Positions 19,791-28,471 of a stretch of DNA of 64,000 bases are shown here, one piece after another. Source of the DNA: Rhodospirillales bacterium (GTDB lineage: Bacteria; Pseudomonadota; Alphaproteobacteria; Rhodospirillales; UBA2165). The notes under the pieces were generated by a model. The model ran no database searches and was not told the DNA's origin. It saw only the letters and a list, made by a program, of their open reading frames with translations. Position numbers and translations under genes: made by a program. The first letter of the stretch is position 1, and every line of letters starts with the position of its first letter. The DNA lies in assembly GCA_022822205.1 (NCBI GenBank), contig JAJECC010000071.1, positions 3,283 to 67,282 on the forward strand, read 5' to 3'.

Positions 19791-20759
19791 ATGGCCTATC
19801 TGCGAAAGCGTCTCTTCCACCTCGTCCCGGTCTTCTTTCTGGTGACGTTCGCCAGCTTCATGCTGGTGAACCTGCTGCCGGGCGACGTGGTCGACGCCAT
19901 CCTCGCCGATGACGACGCGGCGGTGATCAACGATCCGGAAATCCGCCGTCAGATCGAGCTCGAACTCGGCCTCGATAAGCCGCTGGTGGTGCGCTACGTG
20001 GTGTGGCTCGGCGATCTCATGCAGGGAGACCTCGGCCGCTCGTATATCACCCGCAAGAAGATCAGCGATCTCCTGGCGCAACGCATTCCGGTCACCTTCC
20101 AGCTGATGGTCATGTCCTTGGGCTTTGCCCTGGTGATCGCCGTTCCCCTGGGCGTGCTCAGCGCCTTTCGAAGCAACACGGCGCTCGACCGATGGATATC
20201 CGCGGCCGCCTTCGGGATCGTGGCGACGCCGCCCTTCGTGACGGCGATCCTGTTCATCTGGTTCTTCGCGGTGGTCCTGAAGATCCTCCCGGCGGCGGGC
20301 CACGCGCCCCTGTTCCTGGGCGTCTGGGAAAACCTGAAATACTTCATGCTGCCCATGCTGGCCATCGGATTGAGCGAGGTGCCCATCTTTCTCCGGGTGC
20401 TGCGGGTCGACATGATCACCACCCTGCAGGAGGACTACATCGCGCTCGCCAAGGCCAAGGGCATGTCGGCGCGCTACATCCTGTTCCGGCACGCCTTCCG
20501 TCCGTCGTCGTTTACGCTGGTGACGGTTCTCGGCCTTCAGGTCGGCCGGCTGATCAGCGGCCTTGTGATTGCCGAGAACATTTTCGCGCTGCCCGGTATC
20601 GGCAAATTGCTGATCGACAGTATCGACGCCCGGGACGTGCTGGTGGTGCAGGCGGTGGTGACCTTCGCGGCCATTGCCTATGTGGGGATCAACCTCACCG
20701 TGGACATCATCTACGCCATTCTGGACCCGCGGGTGAACCGCCGGGCGGCGGAGGCCTGA
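19791..20759 (+). CDS. DppB/OppB-type ABC permease
   Basis: LGLDKPL, GDLGRS, ALAKAKG and EN(I)FALPGIG. Confidence 0.92.
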   Translation: MAYLRKRLFHLVPVFFLVTFASFMLVNLLPGDVVDAILADDDAAVINDPEIRRQIELELGLDKPLVVRYVVWLGDLMQGDLGRSYITRKKISDLLAQRIPVTFQLMVMSLGFALVIAVPLGVLSAFRSNTALDRWISAAAFGIVATPPFVTAILFIWFFAVVLKILPAAGHAPLFLGVWENLKYFMLPMLAIGLSEVPIFLRVLRVDMITTLQEDYIALAKAKGMSARYILFRHAFRPSSFTLVTVLGLQVGRLISGLVIAENIFALPGIGKLLIDSIDARDVLVVQAVVTFAAIAYVGINLTVDIIYAILDPRVNRRAAEA

Positions 20760-20761
20760 GC

Positions 20762-21661
20762 ATGGTCGCGCTGGTCCGAAATCTCCTCCGCCTCCCGCCG
20801 GCCGCCGACGCCGGCAGTCAGCAGGACATGGTGCGCCCATGGTGGGCCCGGGTCGGCATTCTGTTCTGGCTCTGCGTCGGCTGGCTGCTGCTGATCGGGC
20901 TGAGCGCCATCTTCGCCGACGTGCTTCCCATCCGGGATCCGCTCACCACCAATTTGGACGGACAATTCCTGATGCCCTTCACCGACGGCTACGTCCTCGG
21001 CACCGACGGTGTGGGCCGCGACATGCTGTCCCGGATCGTCCACGGCGCCCGCATCTCCATGCTGCTCGCCTTTACGGCGCCGTTCCTGAGCCTCCTCGCC
21101 GGGCTGGCGCTCGGCATGTCGGCGGGCTATTTCCGCGGCCGGGTGGATGCGGCGGTGGGCATTTTCACCGATTCCATTCTGGCGTTTCCCAATATCGTCG
21201 GCGTGATGGTGGTGCTGTTCTTCCTCGGCGCGACGCTGCCGGTGATGATCCTGGCGCTGGCGTTCTTCGGCATCCCCGCCGAGGTGCGCGTCGCGCGCGC
21301 CAATACCATCCTGTTCGCCGAGCGGGAATTCGTCCTGGCGGCGCGGGCCCAGGGCGCATCCCATTTGCGGATCATGGTCCGCGAACTGCTGCCCAACGTC
21401 ATCGTGCCCATGCTGTCGCTGGTCCTGTTCGGCATGTCCATCGTGATCATCATCGAGGGCGGCCTGGCGTTTCTCGGTGTCGGCTTCCCGCCGCCGACGC
21501 CGAGCTGGGGCAAGATGATCGCCGACGGATTCGAGGAGATCGCCCGGGCGCCGCAGGTCACCTTCGTTCCGGCGGGCGTGATGTTCCTCACCATCCTGTC
21601 GCTGAACATGATCGGCGACCGCCTGCGGGCGCTCACCGATGTGAAGGCGAGTGCCGTCTGA
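20762..21661 (+). CDS. DppC/OppC-type ABC permease
   Basis: LGTDGVGRDMLSR, FVLAARAQG and PPTPSWG. Confidence 0.92.
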   Translation: MVALVRNLLRLPPAADAGSQQDMVRPWWARVGILFWLCVGWLLLIGLSAIFADVLPIRDPLTTNLDGQFLMPFTDGYVLGTDGVGRDMLSRIVHGARISMLLAFTAPFLSLLAGLALGMSAGYFRGRVDAAVGIFTDSILAFPNIVGVMVVLFFLGATLPVMILALAFFGIPAEVRVARANTILFAEREFVLAARAQGASHLRIMVRELLPNVIVPMLSLVLFGMSIVIIIEGGLAFLGVGFPPPTPSWGKMIADGFEEIARAPQVTFVPAGVMFLTILSLNMIGDRLRALTDVKASAV

Positions 21662-21711
21662 GTCTTCCCGTGCTATGCTTGCCGGGAACCGAACAGCCGC
21701 CGGAACGCGCC

Positions 21712-22548
21712 ATGCCCGACGCCGCCGAATGGACCGACCGCCTCGACTACGTCGAGGCCGAGCTGAACTACATCGTCGATACGGGCGTGCCGCCGTGCAT
21801 GTACGTCGATTGGCCGGAGGAAGAGCATAAGGCCAACCGGCCGCAATATGAGGCGCATACCTGCCGCATTTACGACGCGCGGCCGATTGCCGACCGGTTC
21901 GATCTTGCGGCGAACGGCATCGAGATGAAGCGAATTCCGTCGAAGGTCGTGGATTTCTACGACCGGGATGAAGTGGAGCGGGTCTACAACGCCGAGGTGG
22001 CCGAGATCATCAGGAACGCCATGGGCGCATCCAGGGTGGTGGTGTTCGATCATACGTTCCGCACCTACAACGATGCGGTCCGGGAGGCCAACAATACCCG
22101 CGCGCCGGTGAAGGCGGTCCACAATGACTATACGGACAGATCGGCGCGCCAGCGGTTGAAGGACATCATGGGTGACGAAGAGGCCGGGGAGCTGCTCAAG
22201 AAGCGCTTCGCCATCGTCCAGACCTGGCGGCCCATCAACCATCCGGTGATGACCGAGCCCTTCGCCCTCGCCGACGGCCAGACGGTTCCGAACTCGAGCT
22301 TCGTGGAACTGGAGCGGCGATACCGGTACCGGACCGCGGTCACCTATCACTGCGCCTATGACCCGGGCCACAGGTTCTACTACCTCAAGGAAATGACGCC
22401 GGAAGAGACCTACATCTTCAAGGTCTTCGATACCGACAAATCCGCCGGCGTGCAATTCACCTGCCATACGGCCTTCGACGATCCCGCGTCGCCGCCCGAC
22501 GCGCGTCCCCGGGAAAGCGTCGAAACCCGCGCGCTGGTCTTCTTCTGA
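21712..22548 (+). CDS. CmcJ/NvfI-family oxidoreductase (putative Fe/2-oxoglutarate)
   Basis: VVVFDHT, VHNDYT (HxD), QTWRP, HTAF and RESVETRAL. Confidence 0.8.
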   Translation: MPDAAEWTDRLDYVEAELNYIVDTGVPPCMYVDWPEEEHKANRPQYEAHTCRIYDARPIADRFDLAANGIEMKRIPSKVVDFYDRDEVERVYNAEVAEIIRNAMGASRVVVFDHTFRTYNDAVREANNTRAPVKAVHNDYTDRSARQRLKDIMGDEEAGELLKKRFAIVQTWRPINHPVMTEPFALADGQTVPNSSFVELERRYRYRTAVTYHCAYDPGHRFYYLKEMTPEETYIFKVFDTDKSAGVQFTCHTAFDDPASPPDARPRESVETRALVFF

Positions 22549-22596
22549 GCCGGCGCTCCCCGCTCACCCGCAAGCCGTCGTCACTATGTCAAATAA

Positions 22597-23052
22597 GGTC
22601 AATTCGGACGAATTGACCGACCCGTCATGCCCCGCCTCCGTGCGGGGCATCCAGAAAATTCACCACAGAGACACAGAGGCACGGAGGTCGGGAGGAGAGA
22701 TTTCGATCCCGGCGCACCCCACTGTCTCACTGTTTCTGTGGTTCAAGAATTGAAAATCTGGATACCCCGGACTTGCGCCGGGGTATGACGAGTGGATATA
22801 TGACACAAACTAGGTCGTCATGCCCGGACTTGATCCGGGCATCCACGCCTTGGGGCGCAACGGCACCCGTGGATGGCCGGGTCCCGGCCCGGCCATGACG
22901 CAATTGTCTTATGTCGTCATCATCCAGGATATTCACCACAGAGACACGGAGACACGGAAGTCGGGAGGAGAGATTTCGATCCCGGTGCACCCCACTGTCT
23001 CACTGTCTCACTGTCTCTGTGGTTCAAGAATTGAAAATCTGGATACCCCGGA
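22597..23052. repeat. Composite REP/BIME mosaic with a duplicated ACCACAGAGACA hairpin element
   Basis: CGTCATG..CATCCA REPs at 22623-22654, 22758-22790, 22816-22847 and 22868-22900 in inverted pairs; unit 22659-22771 repeated at 22932-23052. Confidence 0.9.
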
Positions 23053-23079
23053 TTACCGGCGGGCCACGGCGCAATCATT

Positions 23080-24333
23080 TTATGCCTCATCGTGCCTATG
23101 CCGATGGTGCGGCGCGTTTTCGTAGTGCAGCCGCAGCAGGTCGAGGCCGTAATCGTTGCCGTTGGGGGTCCTGACCAGCGTGTGGACGTGGAAATTCGCC
23201 GGCTCGGTGTTGGTCAGATAGACCCCGGCATGATGGTCGAACTCGATCATGATCACCGGGCTCTGGATGCGGTAATAGAACGGATGGTCCTCGTCGGCGG
23301 CGCCGATCCAGCAGAAGCGGGTCTCGGCCAAATGCCGCTCGACTTCCTCCATCCGCGCCCCAAAGGGCCCGTCGGGCAGGGTGCCGACATAGGCCGCGGT
23401 GAGGTCCAGGAGCGCTTGTTGCTGCCCCGCCTCGAGCTCGCTTCCCTTGATCCCCTCATAGGGAATGATCCGGTTGTCCTGATAGGCGCCGCCGTAATGG
23501 AGCTGATCTGCGAACTGACGGCGCTCCGGCGGCATGTCTCCGCCCATCATGTTCTGATGGAGTTGGGCTTGCCCGGCCTGCCGTTCGTCCAGGGACCGGC
23601 GCAGCGCCAGCCCCAGCCGCTCCTCGTCCTCGAACAGGGAAATTCCGGCGAATTGTCCCGCATCCGCGTATGACGGCTCCGCCCCCATGAAGGTCGGCGT
23701 GATGGTCATCTGATCGCCGACGATCACGCAATTCAGGGTCAGGTGATGGCCGAACAGCTGCCAGCCCCAAGGCTCGTCCCGGGAGGGCGTGCCGAACAGG
23801 CAGAAGGTATAGCTGAACTCTCCCATCACCAGCGGCGCGTCGACCAGTTCGCCGAGGAAACCGTTGAGTTTCATCGCTTTCCGGGTGCGCTCGTAGCCCG
23901 CGTCGCTGAGGCTTGCCCGCATGACGTCGAGGCAGGCGCCGCGTACCGTCTCCGGCACTTCGTCCAGCCGGAGCCCGTGGTGCTCCACGTACAGCTCGGT
24001 GTTTTGCCAATTCCGCCATTGGTCCGAGGTCATGGGAAAACAACTCGACGCCCGCTGCTCCGGCGTGAGGGTTTCCATCAGTCCGCGCGCGGCCTCGGCC
24101 ATGGTTCGGGCCGGCGCCTTCTCCGGCCGGAGGGCGAAAAGACCGGGGATGATCCCGCCGTCCGCGGTGATGCCCCGAAACGGTTCGGCCCTGAGCGCCT
24201 GCCAGTGGTCGAACAAATCCTTCACATCCGCCCGCCCGTTGATGAGACCGTCGGCATGGGAACGGGCATCCCTGCCGGAGATCGGAGATTCGCCGGGGGC
24301 CGGGATGTGGTCGCGGAAATTGGCCTTGGACAT
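23080..24333 (-). CDS. DUF3500 domain protein
   Basis: WGWQLFGHHLTLN, PTFMGAEP, FYYRIQSP, IEFDH and HVHT motifs. Confidence 0.8.
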   Translation of the reverse strand: MSKANFRDHIPAPGESPISGRDARSHADGLINGRADVKDLFDHWQALRAEPFRGITADGGIIPGLFALRPEKAPARTMAEAARGLMETLTPEQRASSCFPMTSDQWRNWQNTELYVEHHGLRLDEVPETVRGACLDVMRASLSDAGYERTRKAMKLNGFLGELVDAPLVMGEFSYTFCLFGTPSRDEPWGWQLFGHHLTLNCVIVGDQMTITPTFMGAEPSYADAGQFAGISLFEDEERLGLALRRSLDERQAGQAQLHQNMMGGDMPPERRQFADQLHYGGAYQDNRIIPYEGIKGSELEAGQQQALLDLTAAYVGTLPDGPFGARMEEVERHLAETRFCWIGAADEDHPFYYRIQSPVIMIEFDHHAGVYLTNTEPANFHVHTLVRTPNGNDYGLDLLRLHYENAPHHRHRHDEA

Positions 24334-24483
24334 GGGGCGGAGTCTATTCGCTGATCCCGGGAACACAAACACGGGCGTGCGTTTCGCATCGTGTTGCGAA
24401 CCGGCGGAAGCCTGATATGAATTGGGAAGGGGGTCACGTATATAAGACTTCGACCACCGGACGAGCGCTAGCGGAGAGGACAA

Positions 24484-25389
24484 ATGAGCAACCTGAAAGT
24501 CGGCGTCATCGGCCTGGGCCCGATGGGCGGCAACATCGCCAAAAACCTATTGAAAAGGCAGTTTCATGTGACCGGGTTCGACATCCGGCCCGATGTGACG
24601 GCGGCCCTGGAGAATGAGGGCCTGACCCCGGCGGCAAGCCCGCGGGAGGTCTCCGAGAACTCGGACGTGGTGATCACCTCGCTGCCCAGCGCCGGCGCGC
24701 TGGATGCGGTGATCAACGGAGACGACGGCGTGCTCGAGAGCTCCAAACCGGGGCAGGTGCTGATCGAATGCTCGACCCTGACCGTGCAGCAGAAGATCGA
24801 TGCGGCGGAGGCCATGAGGGGCGGCGGAAAGGTGCTCCTGGACAGCCCGATTTCGGCGACACCGGCCATGCTCGCCAAGGGCATGGCCTCGATCCATGTC
24901 TCGGGCGAAGAGGATGCCTACGAATCGGTGCTGCCGGTCCTCGAAGGGTTCACCGCCTCCAACTTCTATGTGGGCGAGGTGGGCAACGGCAGCCGGATGA
25001 AAATCCTCGCCAACTACCTGGTTCACGTCCACATCGGCGCGGCCGCCGAGTGCATGACCCTGGGCCAGAAGGCGGGTCTCGATCCGCAGCTGATCCACGA
25101 GGTGATCAGCCAGTCCGCGGGTTCAAGTAAAATGTTCGAAATTCGTGGCAAGTTTATGGCGGACAGTGATTATCGCGAAGGCGGCGGGACCATGTTCGCG
25201 GTCTACGAGAAGGACGCGTCGATCATCACCGAGTTCGCGGCCGAGGTAAAGGCGCCTATCGATCTCTACGTCGTCACGCGGCAGAAAATGAACTCGGCGA
25301 TGGCGCAGGGCCTGGGCCATCTCGACACCTCGGCGGTCAACAAGGCCAACGAAACGGCTGCCGGCATCGACCGCAAATTGGTGGAGTAG
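24484..25389 (+). CDS. 3-hydroxyisobutyrate/6-phosphogluconate dehydrogenase-family NAD(P) oxidoreductase
   Basis: GLGPMG Rossmann motif, LDSPIS, catalytic K in MKILANY. Confidence 0.85.
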   Translation: MSNLKVGVIGLGPMGGNIAKNLLKRQFHVTGFDIRPDVTAALENEGLTPAASPREVSENSDVVITSLPSAGALDAVINGDDGVLESSKPGQVLIECSTLTVQQKIDAAEAMRGGGKVLLDSPISATPAMLAKGMASIHVSGEEDAYESVLPVLEGFTASNFYVGEVGNGSRMKILANYLVHVHIGAAAECMTLGQKAGLDPQLIHEVISQSAGSSKMFEIRGKFMADSDYREGGGTMFAVYEKDASIITEFAAEVKAPIDLYVVTRQKMNSAMAQGLGHLDTSAVNKANETAAGIDRKLVE

Positions 25390-25414
25390 GGGGGGCGAGG
25401 AAATCGACCGAGAC

Positions 25415-25439
25415 TCCCTCTCCCTCGGGGGGAGAGGGA
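25415..25439. terminator. CCCTCTCCC/GGGAGAGGG REP-like hairpin between convergent genes
   Basis: tccctctccc-tcggg-gggagaggga, 10-bp stem. Confidence 0.6.
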
Positions 25440-25448
25440 AAATAATCC

Positions 25449-26570
25449 CTAAACCAGCAATTCGCCGATGATCTTGTGGAAATCGTCGGCGGTCGGTTTG
25501 ACCGGGCTGGTCAGATTGAACCAGTGGGGCGTCGAGAACGCGACCATCTCGTCGATGTCGTTCTTTTCATAGCCGAGACCGCGGAAATTGTTGGGAATGC
25601 CGATCCGGTCGTTGAGTTTCTCGACCGCGCCCGCCACTTCCGAGCCCTTGGGAACGCTCACCACTTCGGCCAGCCGGTCGAGCTTGTCGCCCACCTTGCC
25701 GTCCAGAAACCTGAGCACGGCGGGCATGGCCACCGTCACCACCGCGCCGTGGTGGACCGGCGTATCCGAGAGGGTCATGGAGAGGGTATGGGCGATACCG
25801 AGGCCCTTGGAGATCGCCATGCCGCCCTGGGTGGCGGCCAGCATCATGTGCCAGCGCGCTTCCTTGTCGGAACCGTCGGCGACGGCGCGCTCGATATAGG
25901 TGACCACCCGGCGGATTCCGTCCAGGGCGATGGCGTCGACCACCGGATTGACGTTGGGCGACAGGAATCCCTCCATGCAGTGAACCAGCGCATCCATGCC
26001 GGTGCCCGCGGTCAGCTTGGGCGGCAGGGTGTAGGTGAGCTCGGGATCGCAGATCGCCACCTTGGGCAGCACGAAGTCGCCGCCGACGCCGGTCTCCCGC
26101 TGGCCCACCTCGGGATGAATGCCGGCGCCCCGCGAAACTTCGGAGCCGGTGCCCGCCGTGGTCGGAATGGCGACGATGGGCGCCGTCGGGCCGGTGACCG
26201 GCTTGTTGTTGGGCCGGTCGTAATCGCCGATGGAGCCGGGATTGCCTGTCATGATCGAGGCGCCCTTGCAGGTGTCGATCATCGAGCCGCCGCCCATGGG
26301 CACCAGGACATCGCAATCGTTGTCCTTGTAGGCCCGGGTCACGGCCTCGACGCCCGCAAAGACCGGGTGGTTGGGACATTCGCCGAACGGGATGCCGGTT
26401 TGACCGTCTTCCAGGGCGTCCATCGCCTTGTCGATCACACCGTGTTCGGCGAGCCCCCTGTCGGTGACCAACAGGGGCCGCTTGTAGCCGAGGGCCGCCA
26501 GTTCGGCGCCAAGCTGCCGGATGGCGCCGAATTCGATGATGACTTTGCCGAAGCTGCTGATGATGGCCAT
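25449..26570 (-). CDS. Iron-containing alcohol dehydrogenase
   Basis: GGGSMID, IPTTAGTGSE, DALVHCME, HTLS and HHG iron ligands. Confidence 0.9.
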   Translation of the reverse strand: MAIISSFGKVIIEFGAIRQLGAELAALGYKRPLLVTDRGLAEHGVIDKAMDALEDGQTGIPFGECPNHPVFAGVEAVTRAYKDNDCDVLVPMGGGSMIDTCKGASIMTGNPGSIGDYDRPNNKPVTGPTAPIVAIPTTAGTGSEVSRGAGIHPEVGQRETGVGGDFVLPKVAICDPELTYTLPPKLTAGTGMDALVHCMEGFLSPNVNPVVDAIALDGIRRVVTYIERAVADGSDKEARWHMMLAATQGGMAISKGLGIAHTLSMTLSDTPVHHGAVVTVAMPAVLRFLDGKVGDKLDRLAEVVSVPKGSEVAGAVEKLNDRIGIPNNFRGLGYEKNDIDEMVAFSTPHWFNLTSPVKPTADDFHKIIGELLV

Positions 26571-26742
26571 GTGGCGGGTCCCTTAAATTTCCTATTCTGA
26601 CCAACGAGTATAAGGGCGCCGGGCGGCAACGGCGAGACAGAGAAGAGGCCTGTCCAGACGACGAACCGCCGGCTAAAGGCACATCTCCTGGGAAGATCAG
26701 GCGGCGCGGGGAGCGCCGCTCCGCGAAGGGCCGGTGACGGCC

Positions 26743-26952
26743 TTAGTCGAGGAGAACGAGGTTGTCGGCGGACGAACGGCCGTCGCGGCCCTCCGCCAAC
26801 TCATACTCGCATTTCTGTCCTTCTTTCAGTTCCGCGAGTCCCGCCCGTTGAACTGCCGAAATATGCACGAAAGCGTCTTTTCCGCCGTCATCGGGGCTTA
26901 TGAACCCGTATCCCTTGACGACGTTGAACCATTTTACGGTTCCGGTGGCCAT
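26743..26952 (-). CDS. cspA: Cold-shock protein
   Basis: GTVKWFN, KGYGFI (RNP1), AFVHIS (RNP2). Confidence 0.95.
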   Translation of the reverse strand: MATGTVKWFNVVKGYGFISPDDGGKDAFVHISAVQRAGLAELKEGQKCEYELAEGRDGRSSADNLVLLD

Positions 26953-27311
26953 GGTAGCTCCTTAGGTCGCTGTCGGTCTCGGGCGGTCGAACAACCGCCA
27001 ATCAATAAACGGCCAAGGCCTCGAATCCTGTCGCGGCCGCGATCTCGCCCGGGCCTGATCCGTCCTGGTTTCCACTAATCTAGCGATGCAGGATTTTCAT
27101 TTCATCCACGAAAAAGTTGGGGGAATTCCGGGCCGCTTGGCCGCAAAACGGCAAAAATATGTTGGCTAATTTGCCTTTGAGCGCGGAAGGTGCCCGCTGT
27201 CCGCGAGACCCTTGAAGATCACATCTACGTGTGGATGAACGATCGGGCTGCCTTCCGAAACCGTGATCATGGTTCAAATCCGGCGCGAAATCTGTCAACC
27301 ATGGCAGCCGA

Positions 27312-28316
27312 ATGACTGATACTGCCGATAACATGCCCGGACCGCCGACGGTATGGGTGCTGAAGGACCCGCGCGCGGGCACCGCCGCGCAAGCCCTGGG
27401 GGTCGCCGACGCGCTTGGGTATCCCTTTGAAATCAAGGAATTGAATTACAATCCGTTGTCCCGGTTGCCGAATGTGCTGATCGGCGCCGGCACGGCGGGA
27501 CTTACCGGAGAGAGCGCCCGCGGTTTGGCCGGGCCGTGGCCTGACCTTGTCATTGCCGCCGGACGGCGGTCCGCGCCCGTTGCCCGGTGGATCAAACGCC
27601 GGAGCGGCGGGCGAAGCCGGTGCGTTCAAATCATGTACCCCGGCGTCGGCGGCCTTGCCGAGTTCGACCTGGTCGCGGTCCCCAATCACGATGCCGTTCC
27701 GGCGGCCGCCAACCTGGTTCGCATCACCGGCGCTCCCCATCGGCTCACCGCCGGGAAGCTGGCGGCCGCCCGCCGGGAATGGAACGGCGAACTCGGCGGG
27801 CTGCCGCGGCCTCTTGTCGCGCTGTTGGTCGGCGGCGCCACCCGGCGGCGGGCGTTTACCGCCGGGCAGGCCGCGGCGTTGGGGCGGCAGGCGGCGGGAT
27901 TGGTGAGCGGCGGCGGGACGATTTTGGCCACCACCAGCCGCCGGACCGGGCCCGAGGCGGCCGCGGCGCTGGAGCGGGCCCTGAACGAGGCGGTCCCGGA
28001 CCAATTCCGTTTGTACCGGTTCGGAGATCCACCGCCCAATCCCTATCTCGGATATCTGGCGTCCTCGGATGCAATCGTGGTTACCGGCGAATCCATATCC
28101 ATGGCCTGCGAAGCGTGTGCCGGCGGAAAACAGGTCTATATCTTCGCACCCGAGGGACATCTCTCCGAGCGCCATGGCCGGTTTGTCGCCGAGTTGACCG
28201 AGGCGGGATTTGTCCGGCTGCTGGGAGGCCGGCTCGAGGACTGGGCGCCGCCCGGGCCCCTCGATACCGCCGGGGTCATCGCGGGGGCGATCAAGGAGCG
28301 GCTGGCGATTCGCTGA
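27312..28316 (+). CDS. ELM1 (mitochondrial fission ELM1)-family GT-B-like protein
   Basis: PDLVIAAGRR, FDLVAVPNHD, TTSRRT, NPYLGYL and VTGESISM. Confidence 0.85.
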   Translation: MTDTADNMPGPPTVWVLKDPRAGTAAQALGVADALGYPFEIKELNYNPLSRLPNVLIGAGTAGLTGESARGLAGPWPDLVIAAGRRSAPVARWIKRRSGGRSRCVQIMYPGVGGLAEFDLVAVPNHDAVPAAANLVRITGAPHRLTAGKLAAARREWNGELGGLPRPLVALLVGGATRRRAFTAGQAAALGRQAAGLVSGGGTILATTSRRTGPEAAAALERALNEAVPDQFRLYRFGDPPPNPYLGYLASSDAIVVTGESISMACEACAGGKQVYIFAPEGHLSERHGRFVAELTEAGFVRLLGGRLEDWAPPGPLDTAGVIAGAIKERLAIR

Positions 28317-28471
28317 ATTGCCGGCGAACCCGGCCTTCCCGGATCGCAATGCCGTTTGGCGCGTTTATGACCGGCGGGCGATTCAACCCCTGTCCATATA
28401 TGCATCGGGAATTCGACGGATTTCGTGGTATATGGGCGTTTAGGGGCTGCACGGCAAAAGTATACAGGGCA

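Noticed and set aside
22597-23052. CRISPR array
   Set aside because: The repeats are inverted pairs and a single 113-121 bp duplication, not regular repeat-spacer units, and there are no cas genes.
22727-23174. Short ORFs within the REP mosaic
   Set aside because: They are translations of repeat DNA with no RBS or family signal.
26953-27311. sRNA or thermosensor in the cspA leader
   Set aside because: Plausible for csp genes, but I could not support a specific structure by eye.
27587-28471. Long N-terminal extension of the cyclase ORF; similar extensions at 20003, 20839, 54415, 61400, 50070 and 51551
   Set aside because: These overlap genuine genes in another frame and are low-complexity, stop-poor artefacts of high GC.
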